This document shows, in pieces, positions 13,296 through 24,715 of a stretch of DNA of 64,000 bases (position 1 is the stretch's first letter; each line of letters begins with the position of its first letter). Both the position numbers and the translations under genes were made by a program. Under the pieces are notes generated by a model. It was not told the origin of the DNA. It saw nothing but the letters and a program-made list of their open reading frames with translations, and searched no databases. This DNA comes from Caecitellus pseudoparvulus (lineage: Eukaryota; Protista; Bigyra: Bicosoecida): assembly GCA_965644315.1 (NCBI GenBank), contig CBFFRQ010000016.1, forward strand, positions 1 to 64,000, given 5' to 3'.

Positions 13296-13752
13296 CTTGC
13301 TGGGTTCTGCGTGAAGCTCGCGGTCTTGGCCTGCTCACACGTGTCCAATTTCCGCAGGGTCAAGGGGGGCCACTTTGAAGTCGGGAATGCGCTCAAGCCA
13401 CGCAGGGCCGAGGACATGGTTGCATGAACCGAAGAAAGTGAGGGGTTTTGTGATCCTTCAGCCCATGTGTCGGGCGTTGGGTGACGGGGGGGGCTGTGCC
13501 TAGCTGGATTGCGCAACGGTGCTCCACAGTTGACCACGCCAGCGGAGCCGTTGTGCAGAGCAGTATTCACGCCAAAACCGACCCGCCACTCACAGCGTGG
13601 CACGAAAAGTAGTGGCACGGCTTCTTGCGAATGCCGCCCCCCTGCAACCCGGGGTTGGCGCTCGTCTCGTTTTTCGAGGCCGGCTTGGCGGGACTGGTCC
13701 TGCGCGTGCCCTGCCCACCAGCACCCGTTCTTGGCTCCTCGCTGTCTGGGCC

Positions 13753-15693
13753 ATGCCTCGGCCCCCCAAGCGCAAGCGGGCGCGGCCTCAGCTCACTCTC
13801 GACGTGGGCTTGGGCGACAATGCAGCTGTGGGCGCAGATGAGCAATCAGGCAGCGTGGCAGGCCAGGCTGCTGTTGCATCTGCTGCCGCCGCTCGGGATG
13901 CATGGTGGAACCAGGTGGTCTTCCCCAAGGGGCGGCACACGCTGGGTGCACAGCTGCTGCCTGCACCCCAGCTCACATCCACAGGCTCTACACAGCCCAC
14001 TCCCCGCTCGCGGCTGAAGGCCGTGTTTGGGGGAGGCGAGCCGGCGGGCGCACAGGCGTCGGCGGCTGCGTCACGCGTGGGCGGCACGAAGCGCGGCCGC
14101 GAGCCCACGCCTGTGTCTACGACGGGGCGTTCAGGCGACTCCATCACACGGGTGAACCCTTTTGCGCGACACAACCCCCCCCTGCTGCGGTACGTGTGTT
14201 GTTCAAGGCCCGGCAGGGGGCGGGGCAGCTCTGGGCAGGGCAGCGAGGACACCTACTGCGCCGTGTCCAACCCCCTCGGGGCCCAGCCCCCGACACCCGT
14301 GACGCCGTTCAGTGCCACAGAGATCCCGCTGGGTGCGCCCCCTAGCTTGCCAGCCAGTGCAGTGACGAGCCCTGGCTTCGCTGGGCAAGCCGGGTCTCTG
14401 CCTCCTTCCACGGCTGCCGCCCCGACACGCCATGTCTTGGGGTCGTCTCTGTACGCCGTCATGGATGGACACGGTGGCGGACGGGCAGCGGAGTGGCTGC
14501 GCTCGGAGCTGCACACAAACTTGCTGGCGGCGTGGAGGGAGTGTGACGCCGACCTGGCCTCCCTGGCTGCGCTGCAGGAGGCTGCAGGGGGTGCGCTGCA
14601 GACAGCCATACGGACGACAGACGCGCAGCTGGCGGCGGCAGTGGAGGGGGGGGATGGCCCCACACTGGGGCGGGGGGCTCGCGATGCCCGCTTCGATGGC
14701 AGCACGGTGGTGGCGGCGCTGGCGGTGCTGTGGGTACCGGGCGGCGGCGGCCACGCCACCCTCTCCATCTCCATCGCCAGTGTCGGGGACTCCGCTGCCC
14801 TGCTTGTGTGGGACGACGGCTCCTACCGCCTCCTGACGTCACCCCACCTGCCCAGTGACCCTGGGGAGGCAGCTCGGCTGGCTTCCGCCGGTGCTGCCGT
14901 GGAGGGGGGGCGGGTGGGCGGCTTGCTTGCCATGTCCCGGTCTGTGGGCGACCCAGGCCTCGGCCCAGCCGTCTCGGCAGATGCAGATGTCGTGCACTTC
15001 ACCCTGGACACGCCGCCGCCGGGCTGTGCTGGTGTGCGTGAGGCCACCAGCGTCCCCTTGGGCGCGTCAGCGAGCACTCCCGTGGACCCCAGTGCGCCGC
15101 CCCTGCCCCCCCAGCACAGCCTCCCAGCCATGCTGGTCCTGGCCACAGATGGATTGTGGGACTTTGTGCCCCCTCGTGACGTGGCTGCGCTGGTGTGCGG
15201 CTGCACCCCGAGGATGGCTGCGCCAGCAACCGAAGCACCCGTGCCAGCCGGCGTGCATGACGCCACAGCAGCCCCTCAGACAAGTGGAAGCCCGAAGCGT
15301 TCCACGAGCGCAAACTGCGTTCTGGGCCCTGAGCCATGCAACGCTCCCAGCGCCCTGCCTTGGCACGCTGATCGCCGTGGCAGGGCTCACTGCGCGGCGG
15401 AGGGTGCGGTGACGGGGCGGGGCAGCGGGGCAGCAGGGCAGAGTGGGGTGAGCGTGGCCAGCGCAGGCTCCAGCACGGGCGGCGTCGGGTCTGGGGGCGG
15501 TGCCGGGCTGGGCGCAGTGCATCGGCAAGATGTGCGTGTGCTTGCGGAGCGGTGCTGTGCTGAGGCTGTCGTGAGGGGGGGGCGGGATGACGTCACGGTG
15601 ATGGCGGTGGACCTCCGCCTAGACGCTCAACAGCGGAGTGCCGAGAGCAAGAGCATCTCCGCCGTATCTGGCGAGCCGGAGCCCCGTTTGTAG
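13753..15693 (+). CDS. Protein phosphatase 2C (PPM family)
   Basis: Motifs SED, YAVMDGHGG, DGST, VGDS, LAMSRSVGD, LVLATDGLWD and GGRDDVTV; basic N-terminal PPKRKRAR. Start codon inferred. Confidence 0.9.
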   Translation: MPRPPKRKRARPQLTLDVGLGDNAAVGADEQSGSVAGQAAVASAAAARDAWWNQVVFPKGRHTLGAQLLPAPQLTSTGSTQPTPRSRLKAVFGGGEPAGAQASAAASRVGGTKRGREPTPVSTTGRSGDSITRVNPFARHNPPLLRYVCCSRPGRGRGSSGQGSEDTYCAVSNPLGAQPPTPVTPFSATEIPLGAPPSLPASAVTSPGFAGQAGSLPPSTAAAPTRHVLGSSLYAVMDGHGGGRAAEWLRSELHTNLLAAWRECDADLASLAALQEAAGGALQTAIRTTDAQLAAAVEGGDGPTLGRGARDARFDGSTVVAALAVLWVPGGGGHATLSISIASVGDSAALLVWDDGSYRLLTSPHLPSDPGEAARLASAGAAVEGGRVGGLLAMSRSVGDPGLGPAVSADADVVHFTLDTPPPGCAGVREATSVPLGASASTPVDPSAPPLPPQHSLPAMLVLATDGLWDFVPPRDVAALVCGCTPRMAAPATEAPVPAGVHDATAAPQTSGSPKRSTSANCVLGPEPCNAPSALPWHADRRGRAHCAAEGAVTGRGSGAAGQSGVSVASAGSSTGGVGSGGGAGLGAVHRQDVRVLAERCCAEAVVRGGRDDVTVMAVDLRLDAQQRSAESKSISAVSGEPEPRL

Positions 15694-15882
15694 GACAGAG
15701 GTGGGCATGGTGTGCGGTGTGGCGCCGGCCTGAGCAAATCCTGGCAAATCGGTGGGTGTCTGTAAAATACAGTCTGCGGCACGCGCTCCTCGCACCAGCA
15801 CGCCGACTTCCTTCCACTGCCTTCCAGTGACGGAAGAACAAGTTGCGCTCAGCTGCGGTCCTCTCCAGCACCGACAGCAAGC

Positions 15883-18800
15883 ATGGCATCCTCAGATGCG
15901 GCTACCACGGGAGTTGAGGCGCCTGCCGCGTCGGCCGTGTCGGCACAGGAACACGCTGCAGGAGTGAACCTCATGGATCTCCACACCCCACTTGCCCTGA
16001 CTAAGCCAAGTTGCCACAGGTGGTGCGTCCTCTTGCGCGTGGTGGCGCCGGTGACGCTGCCGCTTCATTCGGCACTCGTGCTGTGACCACACAGCGGATT
16101 CCTGCGCAAGCGAGGGCAGTATGGCATCGCTGCGAAGTGGAAAGAGAGATTTCTGGTTCTGAAGGGAAGCAAGTTGTGGTACTACCCAAAGTCCGCCGAG
16201 CTGACGGACATGCCAAAGGGTGTCATTGACTTGTTGGGCGCTGGTGTTTCGGCAAGTGAAACGCCAGCTGCACGGGCACTTGGCGCCACTCACCAAGCTG
16301 CATGCTGCTCCGGCACAGGTTCTGGAAGGCCACTTCACAGGAGTACCCTTTTGCCTTGCAGTCAAGGTGCAGGGCAGTGGACGGTGGGTTTTCAGCGCCT
16401 ACCGGCGCCCGCTGCCGCCTCCGCGTTTCACTTGAGCACCACGCCTTCCCTCCACAGAGTGTACTATGTCCGGGCAGACAGCGAGGAGGAGACCCGCAGC
16501 TGGGAGAGCAGCATACGCCAGTATGCATCTTTGGCAACCTCACCTGACTTGGTTTCCGCCGCTGCTGCAGACGGTGGCGGGACGCCGGACGATGACGAAG
16601 CCATGCTGGTCGCCATGCAAATGAGCCTTGTGGCTGGCGGCTTCGTGGACCCGGAAGACATGCCAGTCCCTGAACGCCCCGAAGGCATGTCTGAAGACGA
16701 CTATGCTGCAGTCATCTCTGCCATGCGAGGGGAAGCCACAGCGGCTGCCTCGGCAGCCAGGCCTCAGCAGTCACCGTCTGTGGTTGAGGCACCCACAGTG
16801 CGTGCCACTGCCCTGCCATCCGAGGGCAAGGCTGGCGCCGAGTCTGAAACTGAGCAGGCGCACAGCGCACCTGTCTCCCCTTCGGACTCGAGCGCTGGCG
16901 AGGCGGGTACCGTTGCAGCAGTGCTGCCACCGTCTCCTGCCGAGCCAGACACTCCTCCGCCAGGCCCCGCGGTGCAGCCAGCAAAGGCTGCCCCCACCCC
17001 CCGAGCACTGCGGGACGAGGAAGAGATCGAAGGCGTGCTGTCTGAAGCAGTCATGCCTGCTGAGGGCGGCTCCATAGTCCGCTCTGGCTGGCTGCAGAAG
17101 CGCTCGGAGCAAGGCGTGTTCAACAACTGGCGCCGGCGGTGGGTGGTCCTGCGCGGCTGGCACCTTGCGTACTACACCTCGCAGGGTGCATCCCAGCCAA
17201 AGGGCGTCATTGCCCTGGAGGGCGCCGGCATCGCCACGCTGTCGGACAAATTCCGCGGCAAGCCCACCGTGCTGGCCATCAGCACCCGCTCCGGGCGGCG
17301 CTTTTACCTGCACGGCACCAGCTCGGACGACGCCCTGGCGTGGCTGGAAAGCATCAAGGGCGCCGCGCCGGTGACGCTGGGAGACCCCTTGCACATCCAA
17401 GACGCGTCCTTCTGGGGCTCTGTGGAGGCGCCTGGCAGGTGGGCATTCCCTGCGGACGAGGACGGCGTCAGCAGCGATGAGGAGTCCCAGTGGGCGAGGC
17501 GGGCGGCCACCCCACCTGGAGTGGCTGCCTATCGGGAGTACGTGGCTGCCAGGGAAGCAGCAGCTGCACGGGTGCGCCCACTGCCGCCTCCTGGTGGCCT
17601 TCTTGCTACGTCTCGCACCCGACGCCCCTCTGCCACCGCCCTCTCGTCCCCAGCCCCGTCATCCCTGCAAGATGTCATCTCCCTCCTTGTGTCTGTGGAG
17701 GAGGAGCCAAGTGAGGCGACTTCGCCGGCCAGGGCTGTGCACAAGGCGGCTGAGACAGCCGCCCTCGCGCAGGCCCTCATGCACCTGCCGTCCTCCGAGC
17801 GCCAGCGGCTAGTGGATGTGGCCCTGCGCAGCACTGCGGCAGATGAGGCGGGGGCCTCTCCCTCCACTGGATTGGTATCATCCCCCTCTCCTGCCGTGCA
17901 GGCCTCGGGTGAGGGAGAGGAGGAGGAGGAGCATGACGTCGGGCGGTACTTGGCTGCCTTGTCCGCCTCTGCAGCCGAGCTCAAGTCCTTGCAGCAAGAC
18001 TTTGGCAAGCAAGTCAGGCGGGCTGCCGCTGCAGATGCGGCCTTGGCGGCTGCCCGTGCCGATGCAGCTGCAGCGGCGGCACAGGTGAGCTCGTTGCGCG
18101 CAGCAGCGCAGGGATCGGCAGCTCAGCAGTGCAAGCTGCAGGTGGCCATAGCCAGTCTCAGGGCGCAGAACGCTGCCTTGCAGAATGCCGTGACGTCCCT
18201 GTTGTCTGGAAAGGCCCTTGAGGAAGAAGACGGTGGCGAGGGCGGCGAGGCGGTTTCGGGTGGACTGGGGGTGGGTCCCGCCACCGCGCTGCAGGCCCAG
18301 GCCATCGCCCTGGCGGGGGAGCGCGACGCGTACATGTCAGAGTGCTTGGATTTGAAGGCCCAGTTCGCCCAGCAGTTGGAGGCATGGCGCAGCCACCTTG
18401 CTGACGCTCACGCAGAGTGCGAGGGGCTGCGCTCGGAGCTGGCAGCCTCTCGTGCCGCAGAAGCTGCCTGGGCACGTGGGGAGGTGGCGGCGGAAGTGCA
18501 AGCAGCGTACAGATCTGGCATACGGGAGGGCGTGTTGCAGCAGGCGTGCGCGTTGCACCCCGACCTGCAGCCAGCAACGGCGGACACGGCGCAGGCTTGG
18601 AGAGCGGGGGGGGTCACGGCTGCAGTGGCGGCAGTGCACTCCCACGAGGCTTCTTGGCCCACTGTCCTAGACAGTGTCGTACAGCGGGCGGCCGAGGCGG
18701 GGGCTGGCGACGACGACGCACTTGTCGAGTTTCACGACGAACTTGGGCAAGCCATTGCTCTTGACATCGCTGCATTGGCGCAGGGTGCTGGTGTCGCTGA

Positions 18801-19356
18801 AGTGGCCAAGGGGGCTTGCGAAAAGAGCCAAGGGGCTGACGGAGAGACGGGCCATGGAGCTGACGGGGAGACGAGCCAAGGGACTGACGAGGAGGCGAGC
18901 CAAGGGGCCGACGAGGAGGCGAGCTCGGAGCGCGGGTCAGGTGAAGAGGGTGGTGGAGGGTCGCAGGGGGCGCAGGGGGACGACGAGGTGCTTGAAGCAG
19001 CAAGCGAGGGCACTCTGTCAGTCCGCACGCCCAGCTCGGACAGTGAAGGCTCAGCCAGCGGCAGCGAAGATGAAGGGACCTCAGCTGGGGGCAGCCATTC
19101 TGGGCAGCCTGCTGCACAGGCAACAAGCGGGTCGCCACATGGGCAGCCTGGCGCCGCTGCAGGAGCTGAATCGGACGCTGCGGCCCAGCTGGCCAGCATC
19201 CGGGAAGCCATTGCAGCTCTTGAGACTGAAGTGGCCAGCCGAAATGGCAGGCAGGAGGTGGATGGACCATCAGGTGTGGATTCCAGCGGTCTTGCAGGCG
19301 TGCGGACCCAGATCGCACGGCTGGAAGCTGTGCTTGCTGCATCATCTAAGAAATAG
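15883..19356 (+). CDS. Tandem PH-domain and coiled-coil protein (intron about 16020-16094, probably another near 16.26-16.46 kb)
   Basis: PH1: GFLRKRGQ...WKERFLVLKGSKLWYY...PKGVIDL...ADSEEETRSW. PH2: SGWLQKRS...WRRRWVVLRGWHLAYY...PKGVIAL...DALAWLESI. Confidence 0.85.
18826..18921 (+). repeat. Coding tandem repeat, 4 x 24 bp (SQGADGET-like)
   Basis: agccaaggggctgacggagagacg / ggccatggagctgacggggagacg / agccaagggactgacgaggaggcg / agccaaggggccgacgaggaggcg. Confidence 0.9.
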
Positions 19357-19404
19357 GGTGTTGCATGGACTCATAGCAGCAGTTTCTATCTCCAACGTCA
19401 GAAT

Positions 19405-19476
19405 GGGCGTGTGGTACAGTGGTAGCACGCTCGCTTAGCATGCGAGAGGTCCGGGGTTCGATTCCCCGCATGTCCA
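19405..19476 (+). tRNA. tRNA-Ala (anticodon AGC), copy 1
   Basis: Cloverleaf with acceptor GGGCGTG/CATGTCC and G3:U70, anticodon loop TTAGCAT, GTTCGATTC T-arm and a downstream T5 terminator. Confidence 0.97.
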
Positions 19477-20011
19477 TCCTTTTTCGCTTTCTTCGCCCCC
19501 GTTTTGCTCAACCAAAGCTTCCTCTGCGCCCAACGTTTTTGCTCGGCCATGCGAGGGATATGAATGCACAGCAATGGGCATGTGACGCAGTGTGTGTTCC
19601 GCCCCTGCGGCGTGCATCAGAGCGACTGGCTCCGGCCCACCTGGCTCACTGCGTGGCAGACTTGCAGAGTAGGGCACCTGGCAGCCCCCAGGTCTGTGAG
19701 GTGGTGCTCTGTTTGTGCTGCGCAGCCGTTCTACTTTAGGATCTTCCTCTAGGCTGGAGATTGCTGCTGTGCGACGTGGGTGAGCTCTCCACTTCATTGA
19801 ATGGCACGTGGCAGCGCGAACTGGCAGCGGTTGCATCGAAGGGTTGAACTGACAGGCCAAGACGTGCATGAGCCGCTGTTAAGCGGGTAAGGCAGGCGGA
19901 AGGGTTCGTGCATCTGCACACATGCGGCCCAATGAGCGATGTTTCAACGTGTAAGGCACAACATGCTATATAAAAACACTATATATCCAAAATTTTATCA
20001 CCCGTCAGAAT

Positions 20012-20083
20012 GGGCGTGTGGTACAGTGGTAGCACGCTCGCTTAGCATGCGAGAGGTCCGGGGTTCGATTCCCCGCATGTCCA
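20012..20083 (+). tRNA. tRNA-Ala (AGC), copy 2
   Basis: Identical to copy 1; upstream TATATAAA and TATATA boxes; T5 terminator. Confidence 0.97.
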
Positions 20084-20116
20084 TCCTTTTTCGTTTTGCA
20101 TTGCCTGCAGACCCCT

Positions 20117-20518
20117 TTACTTGTTGAGTGGTTTCGAGCTCGTGGGAGTCTTTTTGCTGGCCTTGGCGGACTTGCCTGCCTTGATGCTGTTCTTGGTGGA
20201 CTGGATCTGGGCCTTGTCGCACTGGCTTTCAAGTGATTGGACGAGGTTAGTGGGAGTGGCGGCTGCAGTCTGATTGTGCAAATCATAGAGAGCAGGCTTC
20301 TCATTCTCATGGAATGCACCCTGAAGCAAGAGGGGTGTGTGAGCATGCGTCGGCGGCTGGGAGGATGTGGTTGCGTTGCAAGTGGCCACACGTGTGGAAT
20401 CGTGCTGACTCGTGGGCCTTCGCACTTTCCATGCCACAAAATGGCTTGCTGCTTCTTCTGGCTTTGTCTGTCGCTGGACTTTTGTGTTCCAAGCGTGCAG
20501 CGAGTCGCTCTTTGCCAT
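20117..20518 (-). CDS. Small hypothetical protein (about 98 aa after removing candidate intron 20321-20425), Lys-rich C-terminus
   Basis: ATG-to-TAA ORF containing a GTGCGA...cttgcttCAG in-frame intron-like segment; GC3-rich codons in the 3' exon. Confidence 0.45.
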   Translation of the reverse strand: MAKSDSLHAWNTKVQRQTKPEEAASHFVAWKVRRPTSQHDSTRVATCNATTSSQPPTHAHTPLLLQGAFHENEKPALYDLHNQTAAATPTNLVQSLESQCDKAQIQSTKNSIKAGKSAKASKKTPTSSKPLNK

Positions 20519-20579
20519 GCAAGCTGCATTCTTGACACTTGGTAATTATATTACCATTTTTCTCCCCCACCATCAGAAT

Positions 20580-20651
20580 GGGCGTGTGGTACAGTGGTAG
20601 CACGCTCGCTTAGCATGCGAGAGGTCCGGGGTTCGATTCCCCGCATGTCCA
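20580..20651 (+). tRNA. tRNA-Ala (AGC), copy 3
   Basis: Identical to copies 1 and 2; T5 terminator. Confidence 0.97.
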
Positions 20652-20876
20652 TCCTTTTTCGCTTTCTTCGGCTGTTTTTTTTTTAGGAACCTCAACGATC
20701 ACAGTCTTGATTGGGAAAGTACAGCCGGGATTACAATTCTTTTAACAATAAGTGCGAAGCATGCTTTGCACTCTGTGTTGCCCAGTACACTGCCGCAACT
20801 TCCCACTGAAGTGTGGAGAGCTGCTCCAGCTGCTGCTCGTTTGCACCCTTTTCAGGAAACAGCTGAACCTATTGCC

Positions 20877-21233
20877 ATGGCAGGTGCCGACCGCTTCAAC
20901 GTGAATGTCTCGTTCAGTAAGAACTGGGAGCATCTGCAAAGCAAGGTGAGCGGTGTCTGCACCAGCACGCAGCTCACCGACAAGCCAAAGCAGTGAGCTT
21001 CTTCCGCGTGTGCGCAGTTCGTTGGGACAGGGCACCCAGACACGACCAAGTGGGAGTGGGGCACGAATCAAGCCCGGGACAGCGCGGCAAGCCTCGTGGG
21101 CCACGTAGACCAGCTGTCCTACGTGGCGCTTGCGGAAAATGTGAGCAGGGAGCGGGTGCGGGCTCGCATGCTGGAGCGCATGCTGCAGCCGTGTGGGCCA
21201 CCGCCGGCCAAGGCTGAGTGGCAGCAGAAGTAG
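20877..21233 (+). CDS. SF3B5: Splicing factor 3B subunit 5 (SF3b10); intron 20946-21017
   Basis: MAGADRFNVN...WEHLQSK|FVGTGHPDTTKWEWGTNQARDSAASLVGH...MLQPCGPPP. Missed by the ORF track because of the intron. Confidence 0.95.
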
Positions 21234-21275
21234 AGCCACCTGGCGATCGTGTCGGGGTCATACACGCTGCTGTAT

Positions 21276-24200
21276 TCAGTGGGTCACGGCGTCGGAGAGG
21301 GCTGTGGGCGGCGTGGCAGGCACCAAGTGTTGAGGCACAGTGGCTTGGTTCGCCAACACCCACAACTTGGGCCGCATGCCGACGGCTCGAAGGTCCAAGA
21401 GGCGGTCAAGGAAACTGTGCCTTTGCCCCTGCCCCACCAGCAGAGCCTGCAGGCGTGACAGCGCATGCAGTGCTGACCGTGAGCCGATGCCGCTCAAGTC
21501 CAAGCCTGGAATGACGGCTGTGACGTAGAAGAGGGAGGAGGTGGTGGCGTGGCCGCCAAGGGCTGCCTTGGCCTCCACTGCAGCGGCTGTTGCCGCGGCG
21601 CCAACTGGGTCGTCCACCTCCATGCTCATGAGGTTGTGGTCGGCTGAGGCGCCCAGGAACCACAGCGGGTCCTCCGTCACAATGTAGTCGAATTTGGCCG
21701 CCCACTCATCGGGGGTGGCTGCGCCCAGCGCACTGCTTTCGTTCTTGGAGTACATCCAAGGCCACCCCCGCTGCCCGAAGCGACTGCTGCCCGTCGTGGC
21801 TGCCAGCGTGCACAGGTGCACTCGAATGGGGCGGCCTCGCTCGCTGGGGGTGGCGGTGGTGACGGGCGTGTCCCACACGAACCAGTCCTCCTCAGGCGGG
21901 TTCCAGAAGGAGAACGTCTCGTACGGCCAGTGGGGGGCTGGCGTGGGTGGCAGGGACATGGAGCCGCCCACAGACTGAAGCAAGGCTTGCAAGGCGGGGT
22001 GGGGTTGCAGGCCGCCAGGCACGTGGGCGGGGCGCCGATGCCCGGTCAGCTTGGACAGCGTCAGGGCAGCGTCTTGTGTGGCGTTGGCGGTGGCCCAGGA
22101 GGCGTCAAAGTGCGCGTGCACCGCCTGCAGCGCGTGCCCCCCAGGGTAATTCCCCGAGGCTGCCAGGGCCAGCACGCCCGTCACCAGCACGTGGCTTGCC
22201 AGGCAGCACAGCAGGCCCGCGCGCACGACCAGCTGCAGGGAGCCGGTGTCCTTGCGCAGGGGGCTGGCCCGGATGTCGCCTGGCGTGTCCAGCCAGGCCC
22301 CCTCATCCCCCTCTTCAGATTGGACTGGCCCGGGGGCGGCGGCCTGCTGTGCGGTGGGTGGCGCTTCTTGGCTCGCTGCCTCTGCGGTGTCATCGCCGCC
22401 CGCTGCCGCTTGCGCCTCCACCACCGCCTCTGCCTCCTTCGCCTCCCCCCCTTCCACCACCTGCTCCACCTCCGCCGCAGGCCTCTCGGCAGCAGGGCGG
22501 GGTTGCCAGCCCCAGCAGCCGAAGTCCCGCCGACCGACATGCCAGAGGCCGTGTGCCGCCATGCCCGCGCCGAGGTTCAGGAGGGGCAGGGCGGGGAAGA
22601 GGAAACGCAGTTCCTTGTGGGGCTGGCAGGAGTACAGGGCGACAAAAGCCAGGCCGGCGAGGGTGTAGGGCAGTGCTGGGTGCCAGACCGGCCGCACCCC
22701 CGGCGCGTTCACCCAGGTCAGGACGCCGCCGAAGCTCAGCGGCAGGGCCCAAAGGAGTGCCCGGGGAAGGGCCGAGGTGGCGTACCAGTACCAGGGGGAT
22801 GTGCCCCACTTGGAGGAGCCGCCCTGGACGGCGTTAAAGAAGAAGACGACGCCCTCTGGCCACAGCCACGTGCGCCAGAGGGCGGAGTCCACCAGCACAG
22901 TGGGCACCAGCGCCAGGCAGCCCAGCGTGAGCCCCTTCACGACCAGGGGCAGGAGGGACACCTCCCGCCTCCACAGCATGATCGCCAGGACCGGCACCAG
23001 GAGCACGAGGATGTCACACCGGAACCAGACGGTGGCGGCAGTCAACCAGGCACACGCCCGCCACAGGCCGGGACTGGAGCCCCACCACATCCACTCCTGT
23101 GCGCCTTGCCAGAGCTTGGCCAGCGTGTCCGTCCGCTTGCCCTGCACGCCTGTGTAGATGGCTCGCAGCACCAGTGCCGCGCGCAGCTTGCCCCACTTGC
23201 GCTGAGCACGCCGCAAGGAGCGGGGTGTGGTGGCTTGCCCTGTGCCTGAGGCGTGCAGGGCAGCAGAGCACTCAGCCTGTGCCCGCAGTGAGGCGATGCC
23301 GTCGTTGGAGGAGGCTCGCACCAGGGGCACGGCGCCAGGGAGGGACAGGGTGCTGTCGCGGGTGGTGTCGTACGGCAGCGTGCTGGCCGTGCTGTCTGTC
23401 GTGCAGGTGGTGCCGTGGGCCGTGAGGGGCACGTTGGTGCCTCGCATCGACAGCTGCGACACGCCACCTGCCGCGCTGCGCGTGGAGTCGGCTCGCTCCA
23501 GGGGCGCTGGCTGCATGGCGGGGTAGGCGCTGCTTGGCACACTGGCGGAGGGCTGCCCTTCCAGCGCGGTCTCCACCTGGTCACTGAAGGTCACTTGAGG
23601 CTCGGGAGCGGTCGGCGCCGGGGAGCTGGGCGGTGCTGGCGCCGCTGCAAGAGGTGCCAGCACCCACTCAGCCAGGCCCTGCAGCACCATGCCCTGCGCC
23701 AGGGTGTTGGGGAGCAGGCGACTGGAGTAAAACAGCAGGTGGAATTGGCTGCAGAGGAAGGCCTGCATCCACCACGCGCCGCCAGGGCCAAAGCGACGAG
23801 CCACAGCGGCACGAAACCTGTGGTGGCGCAGCGCAAACAGCCTCGTGAAGTGGCCCCGCATAGGCCACCAAGCTCACGCGGCAACGCACACAGCAAAGCA
23901 GTACACAGTCCAGGTCCCAAGCACCAGTCGGACTGCAAGGAGCGCCAGGAGGGTCTCGGGTGCGGCAGCTGAACAAGTGCAGCCGAGGCGCCCGAAACGC
24001 CACGGAAACGCACCTGTCGCTTGCAGGAAAATGCGAGGCACCCAGAAGGTCTGCATGACCCAGGTAAAGGGCGCTGACGCTGCAGCAAGCATCGCTGCAC
24101 CCAGGAAGGATCGCGGCACCGCCCCGCTGAACTCCAAGTGGTCGTACTGCACAGCGCAAGTGCGTGGCGAGTGCGGGCGCCTGCACCAGCGCCTCGCCGC

Positions 24201-24355
24201 GCCTGCCGCACCTCGTCAAAGGCCCGCCCATGCATGAGGAAGTCATGCGTCGCCTGCGTGTTGAAGCTTTCCTCCACTTTGTTGAACGGCACAAGGGCCA
24301 CGTAGGCTGCCATGATCAGCCATGCCGCCACATCCAGCAGGTCAAAGGCGGGCAT
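21276..24355 (-). CDS. ALG12: Dol-P-Man alpha-1,6-mannosyltransferase ALG12 (GT22), 3 introns at the 5' end
   Basis: PFNKVEESFNTQATHD...YDHLEFSGAVPRSFLG, FHLLFYSSRLLPNT, WPEGVVFFFN, WGTSPWYWY, PHKELRF, NYPGG, TGSSRF. Confidence 0.93.
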
Positions 24356-24715
24356 GATGCGTGCTCGGTGCGTGCGAGCACTCCTCAACAGCACTGGCAG
24401 CGAAAGGCACACAGCGTGCGCCTGGCCACGGCAGGGGGCAGGCTGCGCAGATGTTCCCAGCAAGAAGCTGGGACACCTGCGAGTGGTGCGCGGCGAGGGG
24501 GCCTGGAGAGTGGCGGCGCCTGCTCACTGCCGCGTTCTGCCTGCCGCGAGCGGCGTGGTGTGACCCATGTCCGCAACCTGCCAGCGCACACTGCCTGCCG
24601 CCGGCAACACCGCCCCCCCGGCACATTTGACCCGCAGCACGTACCTCACTTGGGCCGTGTGCTTGCTTGCCTGCTCTGTTGCCCCTTCTCCCTCCTCACC
24701 CCACTGCGAGCAGCC

